A stretch of 64,000 nucleotides of DNA from Hemiscyllium ocellatum (lineage: Eukaryota), in contig NC_083414.1 of NCBI RefSeq assembly GCF_020745735.1, positions 54,194,013 through 54,258,012 on the forward strand, in the 5' to 3' direction. Made by a program: the position numbers and the translations under genes. This document shows positions 1 through 12,900 of the stretch, one piece after another (the stretch's first letter is position 1; the number at the start of each line of letters is the position of its first letter). The notes beneath the pieces are model-generated. The model did not search any database. It was not told the origin of the DNA and worked only from the letters and a program-made list of their open reading frames with translations.

Positions 1-270
1 AGATTTAGGACTGATTTGAGGAGGAACTTCTTCACCCAAATGGTTGTGAATCTGTGGAATTCCCTACCCAATGAAACAGCTGAGGCTACCTTGTTGTATG
101 TTTTCAAGGCAAAGTCAGATAGATTTTGAACAGTAAAGGAATTAAGATTATGGTGAATGGGCAGGTAAGTGGAGCTGAGTCTACAAAAAGGTTGGCCATG
201 ATCTTACTGGATGGAGGTGTAGGGTCAAGGGGCCAGATGGCCTAATCCTGCTCCTGTTCTTATGTTCTTA
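1..270 (+). mobile_element. CR1 LINE 3' end fragment
   Basis: Starts with aggaacttcttcacccaaa...gtgaatctgtggaattccctacc (RNFFTQ-VV-LWNSLP, the CR1 ORF2 C-terminus), then the CR1 3' UTR ending in a ttcttatg-type tail. Confidence 0.85.
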
Positions 271-2140
271 TCAGCAGTCAAAAGACGCGGTCTATTTTGA
301 TACCAGTGACTTAGGAAGGAAGGGGGATGTGGTCCTGCAACCAGAATTTAGTGAGTTAGGTCAAAAAGTAGCAAGCAGGACCTCAAATGCTGTAGTAATC
401 ACTGGACCTCTCCCTCTGACAGGTGTGTGCATACAGAATAGGAGGATCAGACAGATGAATGATTGGCTGGAAAGATGATGCAGAAGGGAGTGCTTTAGTT
501 CCTAGTACACTCGGACAGGCTGTGGGTGAAATGGCATCTGTACAAGCTGAGACTGAGTTCCTTGGGAGACATTTTGCAATTGTTTTTGGGAGTACTTTAA
601 GAGATTATATAGGCATCTAGAAAAAGAAAGAATATTCAAAAAGAATACAAGCATTTGCAAAATAGTTGGAGAGAAACAAAGAACTGACATAAAATATAGT
701 TAATAGTTGATGTTGGAGAAATGGAGGTAGTAAAAACATCTGAATCAGTATCATGGTGCATTTACGTAAGTGCATAGAGTATAGTTAGTAGAATGAAGGA
801 ACTGCAGACACAGATTCTCACATGGAAATATGACAAAGGGGCAATATGAGAAAGATGGTTCAAGATAGGGCAGTACAGGGTGTGAAATATTCCTGGGTAC
901 AATGTGTTCAGAAAAGAAAGACAAAAGAAAAAAAGGAGGGTAGCAATACTATTCAGAGGAACATTACAGTGTTGGAGAAAGTGGATATTCAAAGTACTCA
1001 AGAACTGAACCAATTTCTGTTGAGCTCGGAAATAAAACAAAATGTCCAATTACATGAATAGATGTAGTCTACAGACCACCAACTACTGGGAAGGATGTGG
1101 AGAAATAAATCTGCAGGGAAATTACAGAGACATGCCAACATTACAACGTAGTTTTAATGGGGGAAGCTTAATTACACAAATATAGAATTGGGAAAAGGGC
1201 CAACTAGGGCCAAGTGTTTAGATTTGGAATCATAATGGAGAATGACAATGATCAATTCAGAAAAAAAAAAGCTGTGGAGATCTGACTTCAGTTGGGGCAA
1301 GAACGGTGCTGGGCCAGACAGAATGGAACGAATGCAGTGAAAACTGAGGGTACTTTCAGTTAGGAAATGGTTCAGGCCCAATCACAGCACTTGTCCTCAA
1401 AAGGGAAGGTTTGGACAAGCAAGTTGAGAAATCCATGAAGAAGATAGAAATGAAGATAAAGAAGTACTTCATGACAGTTATCAGGGAGAAAATACAATTG
1501 ACATCTTAGGCGAATACAAAAGGTTTAGAGGTGAAGTGAGAAATATCATACAGAAGTACGTAGGAGTTAAAAGATGATTCACAGCCAACAAATAAATCAT
1601 GCAGTCTCAAACTCTTCTGCAGTCATTTCAATGGTAAAAGGATGGTAAGAGGAGAAGCAGGCATTAAAGGGATTTCCATGTAATGGCAAAGCAAATGGCT
1701 GAGGTATTAAATGCAAACATTTCATTTCGATTTTTGATTTGATTTATTATTTTTCAGGGTGGAGAAAAGTTTGTGCTGGAGATCCCCAGCTTTTCCTGAT
1801 GTAGTAATATATTAATGATCAAGTTCTTGTTGTGCAGAGGGCAGTTTTAAAGTTTGCACATGATACAAAACATGGAAGTATTGTCAACTGTGGAGAGATC
1901 AGTGCCGAATTTCAAATGGACATTGACATGTTGGGGGGAGGGGTGAGTGATGGCAGATGAGATTCAAGGCAGGGGAGTTTGAGGTAATGCACTTTGGGAG
2001 AAGAAATATTTGCCAACCACCATAAAATAACGTGTATAATTCTGAAGGGTATGCAGGAGCAGAGGAAACTAGGTATACATCTGCATAGATCTTTGTAGAT
2101 GGTTGTTGTGGTTCTGCTCGCCGAGCTGGAAGTTTTTGCT

Positions 2141-2180
2141 GCAAACGTTTCGTTCCCTGGCTAGGGAACATCATCAGTGC
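2141..2180 (-). ncRNA. Minimal type I hammerhead ribozyme (PLE, Poseidon-type)
   Basis: Reverse complement reads GCA CUGAUGA U GUUCCC UAGCCA GGGAAC GAAAC GUU UGC. Confidence 0.75.
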
Positions 2181-2414
2181 TGTTGGAGCCTCGTGTGAAG
2201 CGCTGCTTTGATGTTTCTTCCGGTATTTATATTGGTTTGTTCTTGCCGCTTTCGGGTGTCAGTTTCAGCTGCAGTGATTTGTATGTGGGGTCCAGGTCGA
2301 TGTGTCTGTTGATGGATGTTCTTGCCGTTTCCGGGTGTCAGTTTCAGCTGTAGTGGTTACCAATATAAATACCAGAAGAAACATCAAAGCAGCGCTTCAC
2401 ACGAGGCTCCAACA

Positions 2415-2454
2415 GCACTGATGATGTTCCCTAGCCAGGGAACGAAACGTTTGC
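2415..2454 (+). ncRNA. Minimal type I hammerhead ribozyme (PLE, Poseidon-type)
   Basis: GCA-CTGATGA-T-GTTCCC-tagcca-GGGAAC-GAAAC-GTT-TGC: conserved core, 6-bp stem II, palindromic stem III (AACGTT), GUU triplet, short stem I gca/tgc. Confidence 0.78.
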
Positions 2455-3896
2455 AGCAAAAACTTCCAGCTCGGCGAGCAGAACCACAACAACGGATACC
2501 CGAGCTACAAATCTTCAATCAGATTTTGTAGATGGTAGCAGAGGTGGAGAAAATAGTTGCTGAGACATATTGTATCCTAAGCTTTATTAGTAAGAATACA
2601 GAGCACAAGAACAAAGAGGTGATGCACAACATACTTGTCAGACCTCAGCTGAAGTAATGTGTTTTGATCGGTTTGCCACATTCAGAGGCATGTAAAAGCA
2701 TTGGACAGAATGCAGAAAAGATTTACAAGAGTGGTCCTGGGCTTGGGAAACTTCAGTGATAAGCAGTGATTGAACAGCTTGGACTAATCTCTTCGAGAGA
2801 AGATGGTTCAGAAAAGAGGAAATCCCAAAGAAAATATCAAAATCATGAATCAGCTAACTAGAGAAGATATGGAGAAACCGTACTTGCTTGTAAAAAGGCC
2901 ACTATCAGGAAGACACAAATATAAAGTGATTTACAAAAGAAGCAAATGTAATTTGAGAACTTTTGTTTCCTATAATGAGTGGTTCAGATCTGGAACGCGC
3001 TACCTGGAAGTGTGGTGGAGAAAGTTCAATTAATGCAATCAGGAAGGTATGACTGTATATGGTTATTTAAACACCAAAAACACAGGGTTACAGGCAAAAG
3101 ACAGGAGCTTATCATTAGATCATCATGCTCATTTGGCGAGCATGAATATGTTCAACTCCTTGACTGATCACTGCTGGGAAATGTGATAACCTGCCTGGTT
3201 TTGCTTTTACACTAAAAGGCAAGGCTGAAGTACTGTGAGCCTGTACGTTCTGAATGAGGCAACAAAGTATAAAAAAAAGGCAGAAATGCTGTCAGTATTC
3301 AAGTAGGCATAAGGTGAGTGAGCACTAAGTAGGCAAGCAAACAGCCTGGAAGCGCATCTTGTCCAATGCATATGGATACTGTCCTTACACACAAAGCTGT
3401 CTGGCAGCAACATTGCAATGAAAGGCATCCATGTGCTCTGAAGGGCAGTACTCAAGTGACAAATTGAATTCTAAGTGAGTTAGAGATGTGCCAGGATGAT
3501 ATAATGAGGTTGGTACTTGCCCAAAACAAGGTCTGTGGACATGGGTTGCTGATTTCACTGCTAATGGAGTATTCATGGAAGATAGATGTTCGGCCAAGGT
3601 GGAGACCCAGAGGAGCAACCAAAGCGATAGAACAATCAGGTACCTGTTCTGACTTTCATTACGGGAATTCTAGGTGTGTAGCATTTTTCCATTACATGGA
3701 AAATGTGAGATTCCATGTGAATAAGGTGAGAATAGGTAATAATGAGATGCTGATGCTTGCAAATGACATCTTGCAACTCACTAGCAAGATTTTCTTCTTG
3801 TTATTAAAACATGGTGTTCAAAATCTGACTTTACTTTCCTTGATATTGGGAATCTAAGTTTTCTCTGAGTTCAATGTGTCTCCCAATATCATTCAG

Positions 3897-3975
3897 GAGC
3901 TGATTCTCTCCACAGATGCTGCCTGACCTGCTGAACAGTTGCAACAATTTTAGCTTCTATCCGAAACTTCCAGCG
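3897..3975 (+). mobile_element. Decayed PLE 3' tail fragment
   Basis: ctctccacagatgctgcctgacctgctgaacag matches the gatgctgcctgacctgctg motif downstream of the HHR in the Neptune-type copies. Confidence 0.55.
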
Positions 3976-6322
3976 TTAATAATTTGTTCTTAATCTATTC
4001 TTATTTGATTTCGCATGCGTTAACTTTCTAGCAGGAGAACGTTGGTTGCAACAACTTGACCAGATTACTAAATGGCACATTTCAAAAGGTAGGGAATTTT
4101 TGCAAAGCATCCTAAAAACTGTTGAGTGTATATGATATTTGTTGGAATGTGAAAATTAACAACCATGTCAACTTTTGGAAAACATTTCATGTTGATATAG
4201 GCAGTTATACACATTATATATATTATTCTGTCACGTAGTTTTATGTATAAATAAATATTAGCAAAAAAATACAAAACAATGAGTCTCTGAAAATAGGCTT
4301 AAAGGTTGAGGATTATATTCGAAAGAGTTATGAACATGGCCCTTGGAAATAGTAAGAAAGAAGGAAGCCATATGCTGTGGATACAAAAGCTATTTACTTT
4401 TTGGATAATGAATGACAAACCTTTTCCCCCATTGTTTGGAGAAATAACTGGACATAGCATTGGGCATTTTGAATGAAGTGGTATTTTTATTGGGAACCTT
4501 TATGGAACAATAAGATCCTACTGCCTTTAAGCCCAGTTCCAATCATAAGAAAGGGACATGGAAGATTGTGACCAAACACTAGCAGTATACAGTCAGAATC
4601 AAGTGACTGGACAGTCATGCAAAATTGATGTTAGTACAGATTAATTATTCGTGGAACTGTTGAAAGTTGTTTGTAAAATCTTTTGCAAAACTGCATAAAC
4701 TCTGTGGTTTTGCATCTGCTTGACTTTAGTTTATGGCCTTAAGCCAAATTCATCTCTGAATGAATTGTCAATATCTTGTCATTCTCAGGTATGAAGTGAG
4801 AACTCAGGAGTGATGTCTTTCACTGGATAGCTATAAGCAATAGAATCCTATCAGATGTTTTTGCTTCGAATAGCCCAGAATGCTGAGACCTGTTGTAGTG
4901 CACTAATTTAGCACATACTGGGGATTAAGCCGAGAGGTTTCTTGGCTTGTGCTGCACAGTTCTGGGATGTGATCATTTTTATGCTAGATAGAGAGAAACT
5001 ACCTTTGGATAGAAGTTGAAAGCAATATTGATTGCTTGCATCTTCAAATGATTTTAAAACGAAGAAGAAAATTTAATTTCTAGGTAGACAGCTTCACATG
5101 TTGAAACTGCCAAATCTCAGATCAATGCATAAATAATATCAGTGTTAGAACATAAGGAAAAGCAAAGATGATAAATACCTGTCATCTTCAATGAAGATTT
5201 CCCAATTCTAATAGAGAGGCTTACACAATGTTAGGATTAACTTGTCATTAATTAACTTTAATTGACCATTAACTTAAGCGTTTGGAAATCAAATGCAAAA
5301 TGTACAATATGCACTAACAACAGATAAAAAAATTCCTGTTGGGAAAGCAAAGTAAAAACTAACCCATATGACTATTGCAGTTCAAGGGTAGGCTAGTTCA
5401 CTGTGAGCAAATGTCCCTTCCTAAAGCCCTGTCTTTCACTTAGCTTCTACCTCAGTCGCTGCAATAATCTAGGCTTAAACCACAAAGCAATCTGCCAACT
5501 GCGTGAAATTAAATTTCTTTTGATTACATTTTTAAATTCATGATTTTGAATGGGATTTTCCAATTTAGGTTCACGTGTGGTGACTGATGTCACAAACAGT
5601 ATCACACCCATGATGGTCTGTGGCAAGAACTCTGGAGCAATCATCAGCTTTTTAATGTCCTATGAAAGTATGTTCCAAGGGGAGTTAAATGATGAATCAT
5701 CTGGGAGGCAAGTGAAAGTTCCTGCCTCTACTGGCATTGCCTGGGGCTGAAGGTCCTGGTGTCATTTTTTGAAGATCACTTAGACATCTCTTCACTTGCT
5801 AAACACCAAGAATTTCACAGCTCCCACCCCAACACCAGAAATTGCTGCCAGAAGTCAAAATGGCCTCCTGCTTTAATCATGTCTATTAAAGTGACTGTCT
5901 CTGAAGGGAAAGAGTAATCCTCCTATCAGACCCAGGCTGCCTGGGCTCAGAAGGTCAGTGCCTTTAGTCAAATGAATTAAAAGTGACAGACCACAGAAAA
6001 TGGATGCTTGATCCACCTTGCTCCACCAAATAAGTGCCACAGTATTCTCTCTTCAAGTTAATAGATATAAGGCCACCACTTATTCTAATTCTTCAGTCAG
6101 ATGGTACACTCATTCCGACCTCACATCACATGCACTATGTGCACTGAACAGCTCATACCTACTTTATGCTGCCAATACTGGGCGCCACAATTGATGTTCA
6201 CTTACTGGAAAGGGTTCACCACCTGGCAAGATAATGCATGTCCTTCAAATACTTATGCACACTTTCAAATCCCACTCAATCCTTCTTTTCCACTTGCTGC
6301 AGGACCAGCCAGTATCCAAGTG

Positions 6323-6344
6323 GAGGGGGGGGGGGGGGGGGGGG
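6323..6344 (+). repeat. Poly-G tract
   Basis: Run of about 20 G. Confidence 0.9.
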
Positions 6345-6913
6345 TCCAGTTGGCGGAGACCTCCTGTACTCAGCACCTCACCCTCATTGGAGGAAGATCT
6401 GGTTTTGCTGTCAGTTGAGGACCAAGACTGGACCTGCGCTGAAAGAGGGATACTCCCAAACATTCATTTACAAAAGGGCTTGTGTTTCTTCAACATTGAA
6501 TTCTCTCTCCTCTCTCCCACAGATCTGAGCCAAACAAAAATGCACACATTGGCTGTCGAGCTTGAGCACCTTGGAGGATGAGGCCATTGACGTCTCAGTA
6601 GCTCCAAAGGAGAAGTGTTCACCTGCTCAGAGACTGTTAGCTTGGTGGTTAGGACTAGAGAAGATTCAGGGACAGTATCTACTGAGTACCTCACAGACAC
6701 GTGACCCAGCAAGTGCAGGAAGAAACACCCAAGGTCTCCAATACTCAGAGTGCTGTGGAGATCAGGCACCAGCTGAGCTGCAGGCAGAGTGTGTATCTCC
6801 TCAGTCAGTCAGAACTGACATACTCAACTGGCAGAGACAGGCAGGAGAACATCAGGGAGGGAAGCCAGAGTTCCTGACTGGACAGGAGTGAAAGACAGTG
6901 GTGAAAATGTATG

Positions 6914-7038
6914 CTGAAGAAGGGCTCATGCCCGAAACATCGATTCTCCTGCTCCTTGGATGCTGCCTGACCTGCTGCGCTTTTCCAGCAACACATTTTC
7001 AGCTCTGATCTCCAGCATCTGCAGTCCTCACTTTCTCC
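6914..7038 (+). mobile_element. Neptune-type PLE 3' terminal fragment starting at the HHR core
   Basis: CTGAAGA-A-GGGC-tcat-GCCC-GAAAC-ATC followed by gatgctgcctgacctgctg...ctccagcatctgcagtcctcactttctcc, homologous to 17414-17510 plus the tail. Confidence 0.85.
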
Positions 7039-7664
7039 TGAAAAACAGAAGTATCCATCCATTTTCTGTCTCCTGCGGTGGCTTCATAGTCCTAGTGCTT
7101 GGCTGTCTCCGTGGAATGGGGTGACACCAGCCCTTAAAGAAAAGGCTCAACAGAACATTCAGGGGCTGCCAAATATGTAATCTGACCGGCACATGCTCAG
7201 AGGTGATAAAAGGATGAGGCGCCTCATCCTCATTCAAGATGCCCCCTCTCTCAAGAGAATAGGGCAGCACCAGCAGAAAACCACAGGAAGGAGCAGTGAC
7301 AGAGAGGTGACCAAGAGTTTAATCTCAGGGTCATTCACCCAAAATGGTCTGCAATGCCATCTCATGTCTGCCAGTGAGCTCATTGCCTACAGATCAAGCC
7401 GAACAGAGTGCTCTTGCATATGGTCACCAGCAAAGGGCACTAAACACCTCGAAGCCTGCCAAAGCCTTCACAGTCACCAGGGCTTGCTATTCACTGGACA
7501 TCCACCACTCCAGCTGTATCTGGTGGGCCTGCATCTGTCAGTGGTGGGAGGCAAGTGAAGAAGAAATGCTTTTGAAGCCTTCTCTGTGTTACATTTACTA
7601 GATAAATAAATATAACTTTAACACATAAATATATGTTCAGTTCCACTGTCCTAATGTTTGGGAT

Positions 7665-7788
7665 TCCTGATGAAGGGCTTATGCCTAAAACATCGATTCC
7701 CCTGCTCCTCGGATGCTGCCTGACCTGCTGTGCTTTTCCAGCACCACACTCTTGGCTCTGATCTCCAGCATCTGCAGTCCTCATTTTC
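7665..7788 (+). mobile_element. Neptune-type PLE 3' terminal fragment (~125 bp) with decayed HHR and 16-bp TSD
   Basis: TSD tcctaatgtttgggat at 7649-7664 and 7789-7804. Core ctgatgaagggcttatgcctaaaacatc shows CpG decay in GAAA/stem III. Confidence 0.88.
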
Positions 7789-9589
7789 TCCTAATGTTTG
7801 GGATAGTTTGACTTCCCTGTTAAATGCTGATACGGTTGCCTGAAATGAAAACTGTGCATCATCTTTCACCATTATAAGGAGATGCCACCCCACCCTCACA
7901 TCACTTTTGATAGCCTCAAAGTGTGAGCAATGTTTATCTCTGTACTCTCTCTGGTATCCCAGTGAATGATGGACCTACTATTTGGAGAGTAAGTGGTATT
8001 CAGGGGCATGTATTTCATCCCATCATTTTCACAGCAGGTTACTGTGCCTGGAATAGCTTCAAGTCGTGAATTTTGGCTCTCTGGATTTAATGTACTTTCT
8101 ATAATGGGTCATGTGAAACTGCTATCTTCACTCTGTGATATAATAATTGGTATTTACAAATTTATTTGCACTTGTTTGCTCAAATGCTCTATATCCCTAT
8201 TTATAAATCCATAAATTGGCATCTTAGATCATAAATTAAGTGTATTGGATTATATCATCAGTGGACATCATAGAGTTGCAAAAGCCTCTAGAATTATACA
8301 ACATTCATTGGAGACCGAGTGGCATTAAAAGGCAGGAACAGCTTACTGAATATCACATTTACTGGCAGCAGACATGAGATTAATTCCAATCTTGCAAAGC
8401 ACATCCGAATTTCCATCAAGAGCATCGACTGCATTTGGCTCCCTGAGAGAAGTGCAAATTCAGTCAATGGCCTCGGAATACTTAAGTCTGATTTGCTACC
8501 TGTCAATGTTCCAAGTACATTTTGCCAACTCTTAAGATAGCTGGAATTAGATGTATATAATTATTGACACCATATAGACATATATAGCATTTGAAATTTA
8601 CAGGTGCAAACACCAGCATTTCTTGTCACAATATGCAGCCAAATTGCAAACTAGTTTTGCACATCAGTACGTTACAGTTGGTGGCAGTACTAATAGGTTC
8701 AAGAACCTGGCAAAGTTCTAACAGCAATAAGTTGTCTAATTCAGTTTGGTTAGCATTTAAATACCCTGTAATTTACTTTAGGAGAAAAGAACATGGCTTA
8801 ATAAGTTCCTCACTTCTGCAATCTTGTGAAATTGTAGCTTTGCCACTGTTTGCATGGCTGACAACTTTTACTACCCTACCAATCATTGCCAAAAGTATGA
8901 TAGATGCATTTAAGTTACTCAAGGAACAAGAATTTATATATGTTGTACTATATTTTGGGTTGCAGTGACATACTGATATGGCTATCCTAATGTTCAATGT
9001 GTGGGGACCATTTTAAAAACATTTTGTGTCAATAGATGTTAAGCCCATTGAGTACGTTAATGAAGCATAATATCATTTCAAAGAAAACATCGTCAATTCT
9101 TCAGATGTGTGAAATGAATTAAAAGTACATTTCATGAATTGTGTAAAACGCCAAACAATGTGTTTATGTTCGAGCAAAGGTGGCCAGCTATCTTAATAGG
9201 ATGATAGAGATTTTGAGGTAATGATACAACAAGAAGGCTTCCCAATTTTAGAGGAAGGACAACATTAAAATTCACATTGTGAATCAGAACAAAACTGTTC
9301 GCCACTTTTCTTAATTCCGTCCCTTAAATTAGTTTCCAGCATTCAACCATTCCAATAGACACAATCAGGTATTGCTACTTTTGTCTTACAAAATGTAAAT
9401 AAGGAAGAAGTTGCACTTTTAGTGATCGCGGGACATGCCAAAATAGATACTGCCAGCGAAGTAATTTAGAAGTGATAAGATATAGGAAACATTGCGGCCA
9501 ATTTGTACACATTCCCTCAAACAGGAATGAGATAAATTCATTGGGGTTGTCTGTTTCAAAGATTTTGCTTGAAAGATAAGTATTACAAA

Positions 9590-9815
9590 ACACATCACGA
9601 AGGGTTCCCTTGTTTTTCTTTGAAATAACATCATTGAATCTATTACGTCTACTTGAAAGGGCAAATTAGGTCCTAGTGTAGCATCTTCCCCAACAAATGG
9701 TGCCTCAAACTTGTCTATCATTTATTCAATGTTAGATTTTGTCAGCCTTGATGTCATATTTAAGCCTCAGGTGTGGGAAATGAACCAACAGTTCCTGATT
9801 CATGGGTGAGAGTAC
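9590..9815 (-). mobile_element. Deu-domain tRNA SINE (SacSINE1/AmnSINE-like), decayed
   Basis: Reverse complement resembles the Deu core seen at 21740-21945 (gtagacgtaatagattcaatgatgttatttcaaagaaaaacaagggaac) plus a tRNA-like head. Confidence 0.5.
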
Positions 9816-10354
9816 ATATACTCTTAGAATATTTAACTTCTTAGACCCAAACATGACGTAACAGGAAAAAAAAGTGAGGATACTTGTAATATTTCAGGAA
9901 GCTACTAATGTGCAGCTTTATCATCGAAATATCCAAATATGAAGATCACTTTTGCAAAGCGAAAAATTCTGAATTGATGCTTCATTCATAGGTTTCTTTC
10001 TCCATTCTGAGTGTTCACATGAAATCTGCTGTCAGAGTTCAAGCTCTGGGCATGAATAGTATTCAAGATAAATTGCATGAAGTCACTTTACTCTTTCAAA
10101 ATGATCATGTATATGTATCAATTATATTGTATTAAAGATGTCCATAAGTGTTTTTACAGTTTGAGTGTGTCGTCGATTGCAAAAACACAACTATCCCCGA
10201 ACACCTGAAGTGCACAGAATGGAAATGGCAATCTACTCTAAATAGATGGCAATAAAGAGCCATTAAAATGTCTATGCATGTTCATTTAGATACCTGATAC
10301 CAGTTTATTCAAAGCAAGTTCGGCATGTTTTGATTCTGGGTCTCATCTTTAAAG

Positions 10355-10800
10355 GGATGGGGGTGCCATTGGCAAGGTCAACATTTGTTTCTCATCCCTC
10401 TGAAAAGATGGTGTTGATATGCCTTCCTTAACAGCTTCATCCAACTGGTTCCAGGATATTGACACTACCTATGTGAAGGCATTGCACCGTAGTTCCAAAT
10501 TAAGGTAGTGTGTGAAATGGTGGGCAATGTGTAGATGGTGTTGTCCCCATGTGCTGTTGCCTCATCATTTTAGGTATCAGGATTGTTGGTTCAGAATGAT
10601 GGCATCTTAGCAAGCGACGATAGTGCATTTTGCTTATAGTGTGCATGTTTGGCATTGAATATCGGTGATAAAGCAAATGTATGTTTAAAATATGAACAGG
10701 TGTCAATCAAACAAGATGCTTTGTACTGGATTATATTAAACTTCTTAAGTGCTGTTGAACCTGAATATATCCAAGCTAGTGATGAGTATTTAGTCATTCA
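10355..10800 (-). mobile_element. CR1-group LINE 3' fragment (same family as 40310-41040)
   Basis: Reverse complement gives KKFNIIQYKASCLI and the tail gggatgagaaacaaatgttgaccttgccaatggcacccccatccc. Confidence 0.6.
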
Positions 10801-11449
10801 TCCATTTTGTACTGGTTTTGTAGTTAAAGTATTTACTTTTTTTTCCCCCAACAGTACCACCTAACAGAAGCAGTGCTTATTTTTCCCCATGTTGTGGGTG
10901 TGCAGATGTAAAACACCGTGAAGTACAATGAGTGCAGAATGTTCATGTTCCACCACCAGGAAGAAAGGAAACATTTGAGTGCCCAGTAATAAGCAGAGCC
11001 CTTCTCAACAAAGATTAATGCTGGGTGATCAAACAGTGAAGGGGCAGTATTTACTTGGTAACATTAGTCTAATTAAGAATCTGGTCGATGGTAGCACACA
11101 ATACATCAACATGCATGAATCCAGTGAAAGTCATGGAGAAATAGGTAGATTCTCTTTGTTGAAATAATATAGTTCCATTAAATAATATTGTTGCTTGGCA
11201 CTTGTGCAGTGTGCATCTTACTTGGCAGATATCAGCACAAGTCTGAAGATTGTCCAAGTCTAAAGGCAACTAGGAGTGATCGTTTTGTGCAACCTTCTGT
11301 CTCAATATAATGATTTGTGTTATGGTTATCTATTCTGTGTTAAGTATGATCTGATGGGGTTCAGGAATGTCACACTGCCAGTGGAGTCTCTGCTGCATTT
11401 GCTGCCAAGGAGGGCAATGGCTTGCTGGCCTCTGTTTTCTCGGAGCCTT

Positions 11450-12900
11450 CTTCTCCTCATCTTGTCCAATGTGATTCCCAATAGTCAGCTGCCAGGAGTC
11501 ACGACCATCAGTGACAATCTGCTATTGTCATTGTCAATGTCTGCCAGCTTTATATCTTGCCTGCAGATGTCTTTGTAATATAGGTATGGACACCCAGAAC
11601 AATGTGACCCAGTGGCCAATTCACAGTACAAAAGCTCTTTATATATGCGGCCATCTTCCATCAGAAGAACTTACTGAGTCATCACAATCCTTTAATGAGT
11701 TTAGTAATGATTGCGTGCTGATGAAGTCAGCATATTTCAACAATTCTGCAGGTCGTGACCCTGCCATGCCAAGGAACAACAAAGGATATCGATGAGTCAG
11801 TAAAGGCGAAAACATTTCAGACTTTTCTATTGCCTAGCATATGTTGTCTAGGACTCAGCATTGTAAAGAAGTGAATTACAGATATAAATTTGGTATACTT
11901 GCCATTGGTGCTGTCAGTCTTAGATTGGATTTTACAGCTTCAGCTTTTGTGATAGGCATGCTGATTTCTGCTTCAAATGACAGACTGCTGATGATTGTGC
12001 AGCCTTGATACATGAAGCTATTAACAACTGCCAGAGTCACATTATCAAAGCTGATAATGGTGGCGTAGCAAAATCCTGGATGCCAACATTTGTTTTCTTG
12101 ATGCTGGTGGCCAAAATAGACTGTTCACAGCTTGGAGGGAGTCTATCCAATTCAGGAAAAGCTGTTCCTCAGAACAGTGTGCCAGTGTGGCATCATCAGC
12201 ATACAGCAATGCTCTAAAGGAGGACTTGGTATTTTGGATCCCAAGTGAGCAAGGTTGAACAGTTTTCAAATCAGCCCGGGCAAGAAATTAGACACCCTTT
12301 GTAGGTGACCTGAAGAAGACCCCAAAGTTCCAGGACACGATCTTGTCAGACATCGTCATGGATCTGAGCTGTTTCAACAAGCAGTCTGGTTCTCCAGCTG
12401 TTTAAATCGATCACCTCTGCTCACGTGGTCGAATGCCCGTGTGAGATTGATGAAGGTAATATTTAGAGGTCATTGTGTTCACAGCACTTTATTTTCAGCA
12501 GCTGAACTGAGTAGTTCATGTCAATTACAAATGTTGCAGTTCTGAAAGCATACTGGGATCGGGAGGTGATGGGTTCAGCCAGGGTCTGGAGTCTGTGAGG
12601 GCAACATGAGCACATACTATTCCCATGATACTAAACATGGATACTTCATAGTTGCCGTAATTGCCTTTCTTTTGTGCAGGGTCGCACGCATATCCTAGAC
12701 CCCTCTCATTAGCAGAGATAGAGAAGTTTGCCTCGATATTGCAGGAGCACTGGTCTCAGATGGTATAGCAACAATAGCTTAAGCCTGACCCATGGCAAAT
12801 GAGACAATTGCTTTGCTCAATTCATTCACTCTGGCCTTGATATCAAGCTCTGTTATGACAAGCTCTCTATGCTTTCAATGGAGTCAGACCTGCCAGACCT
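11450..12900 (-). mobile_element. RTE-clade LINE remnant
   Basis: Minus-strand ORF 12045-12269 contains RALLYADDATLAHCSEEQL, typical of RTE RT motif C (LLxADDxxLxAHSE). Heavily degenerate; boundaries uncertain. Confidence 0.6.

Larger units (their letters stand above)
2102..2524. mobile_element. Poseidon-type Penelope-like element, short head-to-head pLTR hairpin insertion
   Basis: 135-bp inverted arms 2102-2236 / 2359-2493 (1 mismatch seen), 3' tail 2494-2524, TSD tttgtagatggt at 2092-2103 and 2525-2536. Homologous to the 3' end of the RT/GIY-YIG element at 27067-28612. Confidence 0.9.
271..3170 (+). mobile_element. Highly decayed near-full-length CR1 LINE (ORF1 esterase remnant + ORF2), interrupted by a PLE at ~2102-2524
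   Basis: Collinear remnants: SGNH-like (aggacctcaaa...gtagtaatcactgg), APE (ctacagaccaccaact = YRPP), RT (aagtttgcacatgatacaaaa ~ KFADDTK), and the C-terminal agaatgcagaaaagatttacaaga. Many stops and frameshifts; boundaries approximate. Confidence 0.7.

Noticed and set aside
2102-2493. DNA-transposon MITE with 135-bp TIRs
   Set aside because: The arms are PLE pLTR sequence containing HHRs, with an asymmetric tail and a 12-bp TSD.
5600-7560. GC-richer block possibly derived from a PIF/Harbinger transposon
   Set aside because: No clear transposase motif or TIR pair could be established by eye.
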